Positions 13,117 to 26,000 of a stretch of DNA of 64,000 nucleotides are shown one piece after another (position 1 is the first letter of the stretch; each line of letters opens with the position of its first letter). Below the pieces are notes generated by a model. The model was not told where the DNA came from. It saw only the letters and a program-made list of their open reading frames with translations, and did not search any database. Where the stretch lies: assembly GCF_009914755.1 (NCBI RefSeq), contig NC_060939.1; one strand, 5' to 3'. Both the position numbers and the translations under genes were made by a program. This DNA comes from the human T2T-CHM13v2.0 reference genome, Homo sapiens.

Positions 13117-16100
13117 GGTACCATTCCATATTGTTCCATTCGATTCCATTCGAATCCATTCCATTCCAGTCCATTCCATTCGATTCCATTCCATTCATTT
13201 CAATTCCATTCCATTCCATTCCATTCCATTCCACTTGATTCCTCTCCATTCCATTCCACTGCATTCCGTTCGATTCCATTCCATTGCATTGCATTCCATT
13301 CCATTGGATTGCATTCCATTCGATTCCATTCCATTCGAATCAATTACATAGCAATCCATTACATTCGAGTCTATTCTATTCCGTTCCATTCGATTTCGTT
13401 CCAATCCATTCGATTCCATTCCATTCGATTCCATTCCATACTATTGCATTCCATTCGATTACATTATATTCGAATAAGTTCCATTCAAGACCATTTCTTT
13501 TGAGTCCATTCTATTTGAGTCCATTCCCTTTGATTCCATAACATTTGAGTCCATTCAATTCCATTCCTTTCGTTTCCATTCCATTTGATGCCATTCCATT
13601 CAATTCTGTTCTACTCGACTCCAATACATTCAATTCCATTCCATCCGATTCCATTACATTCTTTTCATTTCTTATCCATTTCAAGCCATTCCACTCCATT
13701 CCATTCCACTCGTTTCCTTTCCATTCGAGTCCATTCCTCTCCAGTCCATTCCGTTCAATCCATTCCATTCCAGTCCATTCCATTGGAGTCCGTTCCATTC
13801 CAGTCCATTCCATTCGAGTCAATTCCATCCCATTCGATGTCTTTCCATAACGATCCATTCCATTCTATTCCTTTCGATTCCATTCCATTCTATTTCTTTC
13901 CATTCGATTCCCTTCCATTGGACTCCTTTCCATTCGAGTGCATTCCATTCCGTTCCATTTCTTTCCGTTCTGTACGATTCCTACCGTTCGATTTCATTTT
14001 GTTCCAGTCCATTCCTTTCGCGTCCATTCCATTCCATTTCACTCCATTCGATTCCATTCCACTCGATTCCACTTCGTTCCATTTCATTGCATTCCATTCT
14101 ATTCAACTCTATTGCCTTCCATTCCATTCCATTCGATTACATTCCATGCGATTCCATTCGAAATCGAATCAATTACATTGCAATCCATAACTATTGAGTC
14201 CATTTTATTCCAGTCCACTGCATTCTGGTCCATTCCATTTGATTCCATTCCATTCTATTCCATTCCATACAGTTGCATTCCATTGGATTCCATTCTATAT
14301 CTATAAATTCAATTCGAGACCATTGCTTTTGAGTCCATTCTATATGATTCCATTCCATTCAAGTCCATTACATTTGGTTCAATTCCATTCCATTCCATTC
14401 CCTTCCATTCCATTCCAGTTGATATCAATCCATTCGATTCCATTCCATTCGAGCACATTCCATTCGAGTCCATTCAATTCGATGCCATTCCATTTGGTTC
14501 TATTCCATTAGTCTCCATTCAATTCCATTAATCTCCATTCCATTCCATTCTACTCCAACTGATTCCATTCCATTCTATTCCTTTGCATTCCATTTCATTC
14601 CATTCCATTCCATTTCATTCCATTCCATTCCATTCCATTCCATTCGCTTCCATTCCATTCGTGTCCATTCCATTCCAGTCCATTCCATTTGTGTCCACTG
14701 CATTCCATTCCACTCCATTCCATATTATTCCATTATACTCCATTCCATTGTATTACTTTCATTTCCATTCAATTCCATTCCATTTGATTCCATTCCACTC
14801 GGTTTCATTCCATTTGTGTCCACTCCATTCCATTCCATTCCATTCCATTCAGTTCCATTCCATTCTATTCCATTCCATTCCGTTCCATTGCATTCCATTC
14901 CATTCGGTACCATTCCATATTGTTCCATTCGATTCCATTCGAATCCATTCCATTCCAGTCCATTCCATTCGATTCCATTCCATTCCTTTCAATTCCATTC
15001 CATTCCATTCCATTCCACTTGATTCCACTCCATTCCCTTCCACTGCATTCCATTCGATTCCATTCCATTGCATTGCATTCCATTCCATTGGACTGCATTC
15101 CATTCGATTCCATTCCATTCGAATCAATTACATAGCAATCCATTACATTCGAGTCTATTCTATTCCGTTCAATTCGATTTCGTTCCAATCCATTCGATTC
15201 CATTCCATTCGATTCCATTCCATACTATTGCATTCCATTCTATTACATTATATTCGAATAAGTTCCATTCAAGACCATTTATTTTGAGTCCATTCTATTT
15301 GAGTGCATTCCCTTTGATTCCATAACATTTGAGTCCATTCAATTCCATTCCTTTCGTTTCCATTCCATTTGATGCCATTCCATTCAATTCCGTTCTACTC
15401 GACTCCAATACATTCAATTCCATTCCATCCGATTCCATTACATTCTTTTCATTTCTTATCCATTTCAAGCCATTCCACTCCATTCCATTCCACTCGTTTC
15501 CTTTCCATTCGAGTCCATTCCTCTCCAGTCCATTCCGTTCAATCCATTCCATTCCAGTCCATTCCATTCGAGTCCGTTCCATTCCAGTCCATTCCATTCG
15601 AGTTAATTCCATCCCATTCGATGTCTTTCCATAACGATCCATTCCATTCTATTCCTTTCGATTCCATTCCATTCTATTTCATTCCATTCGATTCCCTTCC
15701 ATTGGACTCCTTTCCATTCGAGTGCATTCCATTCCGTTCCATTTCTTTCCGTTCTGTACGATTCCTACCGTTCGATTTCATTTTGTTCCAGTCCATTCCT
15801 TTCGCGTCCATTCCATTCCATTTCACTCCATTCGATTCCATTCCACTCGATTCCACTTCGTTCCATTTCATTGCATTCCATTCTTTTCAACTCTATTGCC
15901 TTCCATTCCATTCCATTCGATTACATTCCATGCGATTCCATTCGAAATCGAATCAATTACATTGCAATCCATTACTATTGAGTCCGTTTTATTCCAGTCC
16001 ACTGCATTCTGGTCCATTCCATTTGATTCCATTCCATTCTATTCCATTCCATACAGTTGCATTCCATTGGATTCCATGCTATATCTATAAATTCAATTCG

Positions 16101-16912
16101 AGACCATTGCTTTTGAGTCCATTCTATATGATTCCATTCCATTCAAGTCCATTACATTTGGTTCAATTCCATTCCATTCCATTCCCTTCCATTCCATTCC
16201 ATTTGATATCAATCCATTCGATTCCATTATATTCGAGCACATTCAATTCGAGTCCATTCCATTCGATGCCATTCCATTTGATTCTATTCCATTAGTCTCC
16301 ATTCAATTCCATTAATCTCCATTCCATTCCATTCTACTCCAACTGATTCCATTCCATTCTATTCCTTTCCATTCCATTTCATTCCATTCCATTCCATTCC
16401 ATTCCATTCCATTCCATTCGTGTCCATTCCACTCCAGTCCATTCCATTCGTGTCCATTCCATTGCAGTCCGTTCCATTTGTGTCCACTGCATTCCATTCC
16501 ACTCCATTCCATATTATTCCATTACACTCCATTCCATTCTATTACTTTCATTTCCATTCAATTCCATTCCATTTAATTCCATTCCACTCGGTTTCATTCC
16601 ATTTGAGTCCACTCCATTCCATTCCATTGCATTCCATTCAGTTCCATTCCATTCTGTTCCATTCCATTCCGTTCCATTACATTCCATTCCATTCGGTACC
16701 ATTCCATATTGTTCCATTCGATTCCATTCGAATCCATTCCATTCCAGTCCATTCCATTCGATTCCATTCCATTCATTTCAATTCCATTCCATTCCATTCC
16801 ATTACATTCCACTTGATTCCTCTCCATTCCCTTCCACTGCATTCCGTTCGATTCCATTCCATTGCATTGCATTCCATTCCATTGGATTGCATTCCATTCG
16901 ATTCCATTCCAT

Positions 16913-17122
16913 TCGAATCAATTACATAGCAATCCATTACATTCGAGTCTATTCTCTTCCGTTCCATTCGATTTCGTTCCAATAAATTCGATTCCATTCC
17001 ATTCGATTCCATTCCATTCGAATCAATTACATAGCAATCCATTACATTCGAGTCTATTCTCTTCCGTTCCATTCGATTTCGTTCCAATCCATTCGATTCC
17101 ATTCCATTCGATTCCATTCCAT
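16913..17122 (+). repeat. 105 bp tandem duplication inside a monomer (1,899 bp monomer)
   Basis: CGAATCAATTACATAGC occurs at 16914 and 17019; the first copy carries the variant CCAATAAATT. Confidence 0.93.
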
Positions 17123-20064
17123 ACTATTGCATTCCATTCGATTACATTATATTCGAATAAGTTCCATTCAAGACCATTTCTTTTGAGTCCATTCTATTTG
17201 AGTCCTTTCCCTTTGATTCCATAACATTTGAGTCCATTCAATTCCATTCCTTTCGTTTCCATTCCATTTGATGCCATTCCATTCAATTCTGTTCTACTCG
17301 ACTCCAATACATTCAATTCCATTCCATCCGATTCCATTACATTCTTTTCATTTCTTATCCATTTCAAGCCATTCCACTCCATTCCATTCCACTCGTTTCC
17401 TTTCCATTCGAGTCCATTCCTCTCCAGTCCATTCCGTTCAATCCATTCCATTCCAGTCCATTCCATTCGAGTCCGTTCCATTCCAGTCCATTCCATTCGA
17501 GTCAATTCCATTCCATTCGATGTCTTTCCATAACGATCCATTCCATTCTATTCCTTTCGATTCCATTCCATTCTATTTCATTCCATTCGATTCCCTTCCA
17601 TTGGACTCCTTTCCATTCGAGTGCATTCCATTCCGTTCCATTTCTTTCCGTTCTGTACGATTCCTACCGTTCGATTTCATTTTGTTCCAGTCCATTCCTT
17701 TCGCGTCCATTCCATTCCATTTCAGTCCATTCGATTCCATTCCACTCGATTCCACTTCGTTCCATTTCATTGCATTCCATTCTATTCAACTCTATTGCCT
17801 TCCATTCCATTCCATTCGATTACATTCCATGCGATTCCATTCGAAATCGAATCAATTACATTGCAATCCATTACTATTGAGTCCGTTTTATTCCAGTCCA
17901 CTGCATTCTGGTCCATTCCATTTGATTCCATTCCATTCTATTCCATTCCATACAGTTGCATTCCATTGGATTCCATGCTATATCTATAAATTCAATTCGA
18001 GACCATTGCTTTTGAGTCCATTCTATATGATTCCATTCCATTCAAGTCCATTACATTTGGTTCAATTCCATTCCATTCCATTCCCTTCCATTCCATTCCA
18101 TTTGATATCAATCCATTCGATTCCATTCCATTCGAGCACATTCCATTCGAGTCCATTCCATTCGATGCCATTCCATTTGATTCTATTCCATTAGTCTCCA
18201 TTCAATTCCATTAATCTCCATTCCATTCCATTCTACTCCAACTGATTCCATTCCATTCTATTCCTTTCCATTCCATTTCATTCCATTCCATTCCATTTCA
18301 TTCCATTCCATTCCATTCCATTCCATTCCATTCGCTTCCATTCCATTCGTGTCCATTCCATTCCAGTCCATTCCATTTGTGTCCACTGCATTCCATTCCA
18401 CTCCATTCCATATTATTCCATTACACTCCATTCCATTCTATTACTTTCATTTCCATTCAATTCCATTCCATTTGATTCCATTCCACTCGGTTTCATTCCA
18501 TTTGAGTCCACTCCATTCCATTCCATTCCATTCCATTCAGTTCCATTCCATTCTGTTCCATTCCATTCCGTTCCATTACATTCCATTCCATTCGGTACCA
18601 TTCCATATTGTTCCATTCGATTCCATTCGAATCCATTCCATTCCAGTCCATTCCATTCGATTCCGTTCCATTCATTTCAATTCCATTCCATTCCATTCCA
18701 TTACATTCCACTTGATTCCTCTCCATTCCCTTCCACTGCATTCCGTTCGATTCCATTCCATTGCATTGCATTCCATTCCATTGGATTGCATTCCATTCGA
18801 TTCCATTCCATTCGAATCAATTACATAGCAATCCATTACATTCGAGTCTATTCTCTTCCGTTCCATTCGATTTCGTTCCAATCCATTCGATTCCATTCCA
18901 TTCGATTCCATTCCATACTATTGCATTCCATTCGATTACATTATATTCGAATAAGTTCCATTCAAGACCATTTCTTTTGAGTCCATTCTATTTGAGTCCA
19001 TTCCCTTTGATTCCATAACATTTGAGTCCATTCAATTCCATTCCTTTCGTTTCCATTCCATTTGATGCCATTCCATTCAATTCTGTTCTACTCGACTCCA
19101 ATACATTCAATTCCATTCCATCCGATTCCATTACATTCTTTTCATTTCTTATCCATTTCAAGCCATTCCACTCCATTCCATTCCACTCGTTTCCTTTCCA
19201 TTCGAGTCCATTCCTCTCCAGTCCATTCCGTTCAATCCATTCCATTCCAGTCCATTCCATTCGAGTCCGTTCCATTCCAGAACATTCCATTCGAGTCAAT
19301 TCCATTCCATTCGATGTCTTTCCATAACGATCCATTCCATTCTATTCCTTTCGATTCCATTCCATTCTATTTCATTCCATTCGATTCCCTTCCATTGGAC
19401 TCCTTTCCATTCGAGTGCATTCCATTCCGTTCCATTTCTTTCCGTTCTGTACGATTCCTACCGTTCGATTTCATTTTGTTCCAGTCCATTCCTTTCGCGT
19501 CCATTCCATTCCATTTCACTCCATTCGATTCCATTCCACTCGATTCCACTTCGTTCCATTTCATTGCATTCCATTCTATTCAACTCTATTGCCTTCCATT
19601 CCATTCCATTCCATTACATTCCATGCGATTCCATTCGAAATCGAATCAATTACATTGCAATCCATTACAATTGAGTCCGTTTTATTCCAGTCCACTGCAT
19701 TCTGGTCCATTCCATTTGATTCCATTCCATTCTATTCCATTCCATACAGTTGCATTCCTTTGGATTCCATGCTATATCTATAAATTCAATTCGAGACCAT
19801 TGCTTTTGAGTCCATTCTATATGATTCCATTCCACTCAAGTCCATTACATTTGGTTCAATTCCATTCCATTCCATTCCCTTCCATTCCATTCCAGTTGAT
19901 ATCAATCCATTCGATTCCATTCCATTCGAGCACATTCCATTCGAGTCCATTCCATTCGATGCCATTCCATTTGATTCTATTCCATTAGTCTCCATTCAAT
20001 TCCATTAATCTCCATTCCATTCCATTCTACTCCAACTGATTCCATTCCATTCTATTCCTTTCCA

Positions 20065-23000
20065 TTCCATTTCATTCCATTCCATTCCATTTCATTCCAT
20101 TCCATTCCATTCGTGTCCATTCCACTCCAGTCCATTCCATTCGTGTCCATTCCATTCCAGTCCATTCCATTTGTGTCCACTGCATTCCATTGCAATCCAT
20201 TCCATATTATTCCATTACACTCCATTCCATTCTATTACTTTCATTTCCATTCAATTCCATTCCATTTGATTCCATTCCACTCGGTTTCATTCCATTTGAG
20301 TCCACTCCATTCCATTCCATTCCATTCCATTCAGTTCCATTCCATTCTGTTCCATTCCATTCCGTTCCATTACATTCCATTCCATTCGGTACCATTCCAT
20401 ATTGTTCCATTCGATTCCATTCGAATCCATTCCATTCCAGTCCATTCCATTCGATTCCATTCCATTCATTTCAATTCCATTCCATTCCATTCCATTACAT
20501 TCCACTTGATTCCTCTCCATTCCCTTCCACTGCATTCCGTTCAATTCCATTCCATTGCATTGCATTCCATTCCATTGGATTGCATTCCATTCGATTCCAT
20601 TCCATTCGAATCAATTACATAGCAATCCATTACATTCGAGTCTATTCTATTCCGTTCCATTCGATTTCGTTCCACTCCATTCGATTCCATTCCATTCGAT
20701 TCTATTCCATACCATTGCATTCCATTCGATTACATTATATTCGAATAAGTTCCATTCAAGACCATTTCTTTTGAGTCCATTCTATTTGAGTCCATTCCCT
20801 TTGATTCCATAACATTTGAGTCCATTCAATTCCATTCCTTTCGTTTCCATTCCATTTGATGCCATTCCATTCAATTCTGTTCTACTCGACTCCAATACAT
20901 TCAATTCCATTCCATCCGATTCCATTACATTCTTTTCATTTCTTATCCATTTCAAGCCATTCCACTCCATTCCATTCCACTCGTTTCCTTTCCATTCGAG
21001 TCCATTCCTCTCCAGTCCATTCCGTTCAATCCATTCCATTCCAGTCCATTCCATTCGAGTCCGTTCCATTCCAGTCCATTCCATTCGAGTCAATTCCATC
21101 CCATTCGATGTCTTTCCATAACGATCCATTCCATTCTATTCCTTTCGATTCCATTCCATTCTATTTCATTCCATTCGATTCCCTTCCATTGGACTCCTTT
21201 CCATTCGAGTGCATTCCATTCCTTTCCATTTCTTTCCGTTCTGTACGATTCCTACCGTTCGATTTCATTTTGTTCCAGTCCATTCCTTTCGCGTCCATTC
21301 CATTCCATTTCACTCCATTCGATTCCATTCCACTCGATTCCACTTCGTTCCATTTCATTTCATTCCATTCTATTCAACTCTATTGCCTTCCATTCCATTC
21401 CATTCGATTACATTCCATGTGATTCCATTCGAAATCGAATCAATTACATTGCAATCCATTACTATTGAGTCCGTTTTATTCCAGTCCACTGCATTCTGGT
21501 CCATTCCATTTGATTCCATTCCATTCTATTCCATTCCATACAGTTGCATTCCATTGGATTCCATGCTATATCTATAAATTCAATTCGAGACCATTGCTTT
21601 TGAGTCCATTCTATATGATTCCATTCCATTCAAGTCCATTACATTTGGTTCAATTCCATTCCATTCCATTCCGTTCCATTCCATTCCATTTGATATCAAT
21701 CCATTCGATTCCATTCCATTCGAGCACATTCCATTCGAGTCCATTCCATTCGATGCCATTCCATTTGATTCTATTCAATTAGTCTCCATTCAATTCCATT
21801 AATCTCCATTCCATTCCATTCTACTCCAACTGATTCCATTCCATTCTATTCCTTTCCATTCCATTTCATTCCATTCCATTCCATTTCATTCCATTCCATT
21901 CCATTCGTGTCCATTCCACTCCAGTCCATTCCATTCGTGTCCATTCCATTCCAGTCCATTCCATTTGTGTCCACTGCATTCCATTCCACTCCATTCCATA
22001 TTATTCCATTACACTCCATTCCATTCTATTACTTTCATTTCCATTCAATTCCATTCCATTTGATTCCATTCCACTCGGTTTCATTCCATTTGAGTCCACT
22101 CCATTCCATTCCATTCCATTCCATTCAGTTCCATTCCATTCTGTTCCATTCCATTCCGTTCCATTACATTCCATTCCATTCGGTACCATTCCATATTGTT
22201 CCATTCGATTCCATTCGAATCCATTCCATTCCAGTCCATTCCATTCGATTCCATTCCATTCATTTCAATTCCATTCCATTCCATTCCATTCCATTCCACT
22301 TGATTCCTCTCCATTCCATTCCACTGCATTCCGTTCGATTCCATTCCATTGCATTGCATTCCATTCCATTGGATTGCATTCCATTCGATTCCATTCCATT
22401 CGAATCAATTACATAGCAATCCATTACATTCGAGTCTATTCTATTCCGTTCCATTCGATTTCGTTCCAATCCATTCGATTCCATTCCATTCGATTCCATT
22501 CCATACTATTGCATTCCATTCGATTACATTATATTCGAATAAGTTCCATTCAAGACCATTTCTTTTGAGTCCATTCTATTTGAGTCCATTCCCTTTGATT
22601 CCATAACATTTGAGTCCATTCAATTCCATTCCTTTCGTTTCCATTCCATTTGATGCCATTCCATTCAATTCTGTTCTACTCGACTCCAATACATTCAATT
22701 CCATTCCATCCGATTCCATTACATTCTTTTCATTTCTTATCCATTTCAAGCCATTCCACTCCATTCCATTCCACTCGTTTCCTTTCCATTCGAGTCCATT
22801 CCTCTCCAGTCCATTCCGTTCAATCCATTCCATTCCAGTCCATTCCATTGGAGTCCGTTCCATTCCAGTCCATTCCATTCGAGTCAATTCCATCCCATTC
22901 GATGTCTTTCCATAACGATCCATTCCATTCTATTCCTTTCGATTCCATTCCATTCTATTTCTTTCCATTCGATTCCCTTCCATTGGACTCCTTTCCATTC

Positions 23001-26000
23001 GAGTGCATTCCATTCCGTTCCATTTCTTTCCGTTCTGTACGATTCCTACCGTTCGATTTCATTTTGTTCCAGTCCATTCCTTTCGCGTCCATTCCATTCC
23101 ATTTCACTCCATTCGATTCCATTCCACTCGATTCCACTTCGTTCCATTTCATTGCATTCCATTCTATTCAACTCTATTGCCTTCCATTCCATTCCATTCG
23201 ATTACATTCCATGCGATTCCATTCGAAATCGAATCAATTACATTGCAATCCATAACTATTGAGTCCATTTTATTCCAGTCCACTGCATTCTGGTCCATTC
23301 CATTTGATTCCATTCCATTCTATTCCATTCCATACAGTTGCATTCCATTGGATTCCATTCTATATCTATAAATTCAATTCGAGACCATTGCTTTTGAGTC
23401 CATTCTATATGATTCCATTCCATTCAAGTCCATTACATTTGGTTCAATTCCATTCCATTCCATTCCCTTCCATTCCATTCCAGTTGATATCAATCCATTC
23501 GATTCCATTCCATTCGAGCACATTCCATTCGAGTCCATTCAATTCGATGCCATTCCATTTGGTTCTATTCCATTAGTCTCCATTCAATTCCATTAATCTC
23601 CATTCCATTCCATTCTACTCCAACTGATTCCATTCCATTCTATTCCTTTGCATTCCATTTCATTCCATTCCATTCCATTTCATTCCATTCCATTCCATTC
23701 CATTCCATTCGCTTCCATTCCATTCGTGTCCATTCCATTCCAGTCCATTCCATTTGTGTCCACTGCATTCCATTCCACTCCATTCCATATTATTCCATTA
23801 TACTCCATTCCATTGTATTACTTTCATTTCCATTCAATTCCATTCCATTTGATTCCATTCCACTCGGTTTCATTCCATTTGTGTCCACTCCATTCCATTC
23901 CATTCCATTCCATTCAGTTCCATTCCATTCTATTCCATTCCATTCCGTTCCATTGCATTCCATTCCATTCGGTACCATTCCATATTGTTCCATTCGATTC
24001 CATTCGAATCCATTCCATTCCAGTCCATTCCATTCGATTCCATTCCATTCCTTTCAATTCCATTCCATTCCATTCCATTCCACTTGATTCCACTCCATTC
24101 CCTTCCACTGCATTCCATTCGATTCCATTCCATTGCATTGCATTCCATTCCATTGGACTGCATTCCATTCGATTCCATTCCATTCGAATCAATTACATAG
24201 CAATCCATTACATTCGAGTCTATTCTATTCCGTTCAATTCGATTTCGTTCCAATCCATTCGATTCCATTCCATTCGATTCCATTCCATACTATTGCATTC
24301 CATTCTATTACATTATATTCGAATAAGTTCCATTCAAGACCATTTCTTTTGAGTCCATTCTATTTGAGTGCATTCCCTTTGATTCCATAACATTTGAGTC
24401 CATTCAATTCCATTCCTTTCGTTTCCATTCCATTTGATGCCATTCCATTCAATTCCGTTCTACTCGACTCCAATACATTCAATTCCATTCCATCCGATTC
24501 CATTACATTCTTTTCATTTCTTATCCATTTCAAGCCATTCCACTCCATTCCATTCCACTCGTTTCCTTTCCATTCGAGTCCATTCCTCTCCAGTCCATTC
24601 CGTTCAATCCATTCCATTCCAGTCCATTCCATTCGAGTCCGTTCCATTCCAGTCCATTCCATTCGAGTCAATTCCATCCCATTCGATGTCTTTCCATAAC
24701 GATCCATTCCATTCTATTCCTTTCGATTCCATTCCATTCTATTTCATTCCATTCGATTCCCTTCCATTGGACTCCTTTCCATTCGAGTGCATTCCATTCC
24801 GTTCCATTTCTTTCCGTTCTGTACGATTCCTACCGTTCGATTTCATTTTGTTCCAGTCCATTCCTTTCGCGTCCATTCCATTCCATTTCACTCCATTCGA
24901 TTCCATTCCACTCGATTCCACTTCGTTCCATTTCATTGCATTCCATTCTTTTCAACTCTATTGCCTTCCATTCCATTCCATTCGATTACATTCCATGCGA
25001 TTCCATTCGAAATCGAATCAATTACATTGCAATCCATTACTATTGAGTCCGTTTTATTCCAGTCCACTGCATTCTGGTCCATTCCATTTGATTCCATTCC
25101 ATTCTATTCCATTCCATACAGTTGCATTCCATTGGATTCCATGCTATATCTATAAATTCAATTCGAGACCATTGCTTTTGAGTCCATTCTATATGATTCC
25201 ATTCCATTCAAGTCCATTACATTTGGTTCAATTCCATTCCATTCCATTCCCTTCCATTCCATTCCATTTGATATCAATCCATTCGATTCCATTATATTCG
25301 AGCACATTCAATTCGAGTCCATTCCATTCGATGCCATTCCATTTGATTCTATTCCATTAGTCTCCATTCAATTCCATTAATCTCCATTCCATTCCATTCT
25401 ACTCCAACTGATTCCATTCCATTCTATTCCTTTCCATTCCATTTCATTCCATTCCATTCCATTCCATTCCATTCCATTCGTGTCCATTCCACTCCAGTCC
25501 ATTCCATTCGTGTCCATTCCATTGCAGTCCGTTCCATTTGTGTCCACTGCATTCCATTCCACTCCATTCCATATTATTCCATTACACTCCATTCCATTCT
25601 ATTACTTTCATTTCCATTCAATTCCATTCCATTTAATTCCATTCCACTCGGTTTCATTCCATTTGAGTCCACTCCATTCCATTCCATTGCATTCCATTCA
25701 GTTCCATTCCATTCTGTTCCATTCCATTCCGTTCCATTACATTCCATTCCATTCGGTACCATTCCATATTGTTCCATTCGATTCCATTCGAATCCATTCC
25801 ATTCCAGTCCATTCCATTCGATTCCATTCCATTCATTTCAATTCCATTCCATTCCATTCCATTACATTCCACTTGATTCCTCTCCATTCCCTTCCACTGC
25901 ATTCCGTTCGATTCCATTCCATTGCATTGCATTCCATTCCATTGGATTGCATTCCATTCGATTCCATTCCATTCGAATCAATTACATAGCAATCCATTAC

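Larger units (their letters stand above)
11000..20064 (+). repeat. Five-monomer block A (9,065 bp), first copy of a tandem duplication; ends approximate
   Basis: Rare variants recur at +9,065 or +9,060: TTGCAATCC 11125/20190, CATGTGATT 12351/21416, CATTGGAGTC 13781/22846, CCATAACTA ~14185/23250, ATTATATT ~16226/25291 and the 105 bp duplication. Confidence 0.88.
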
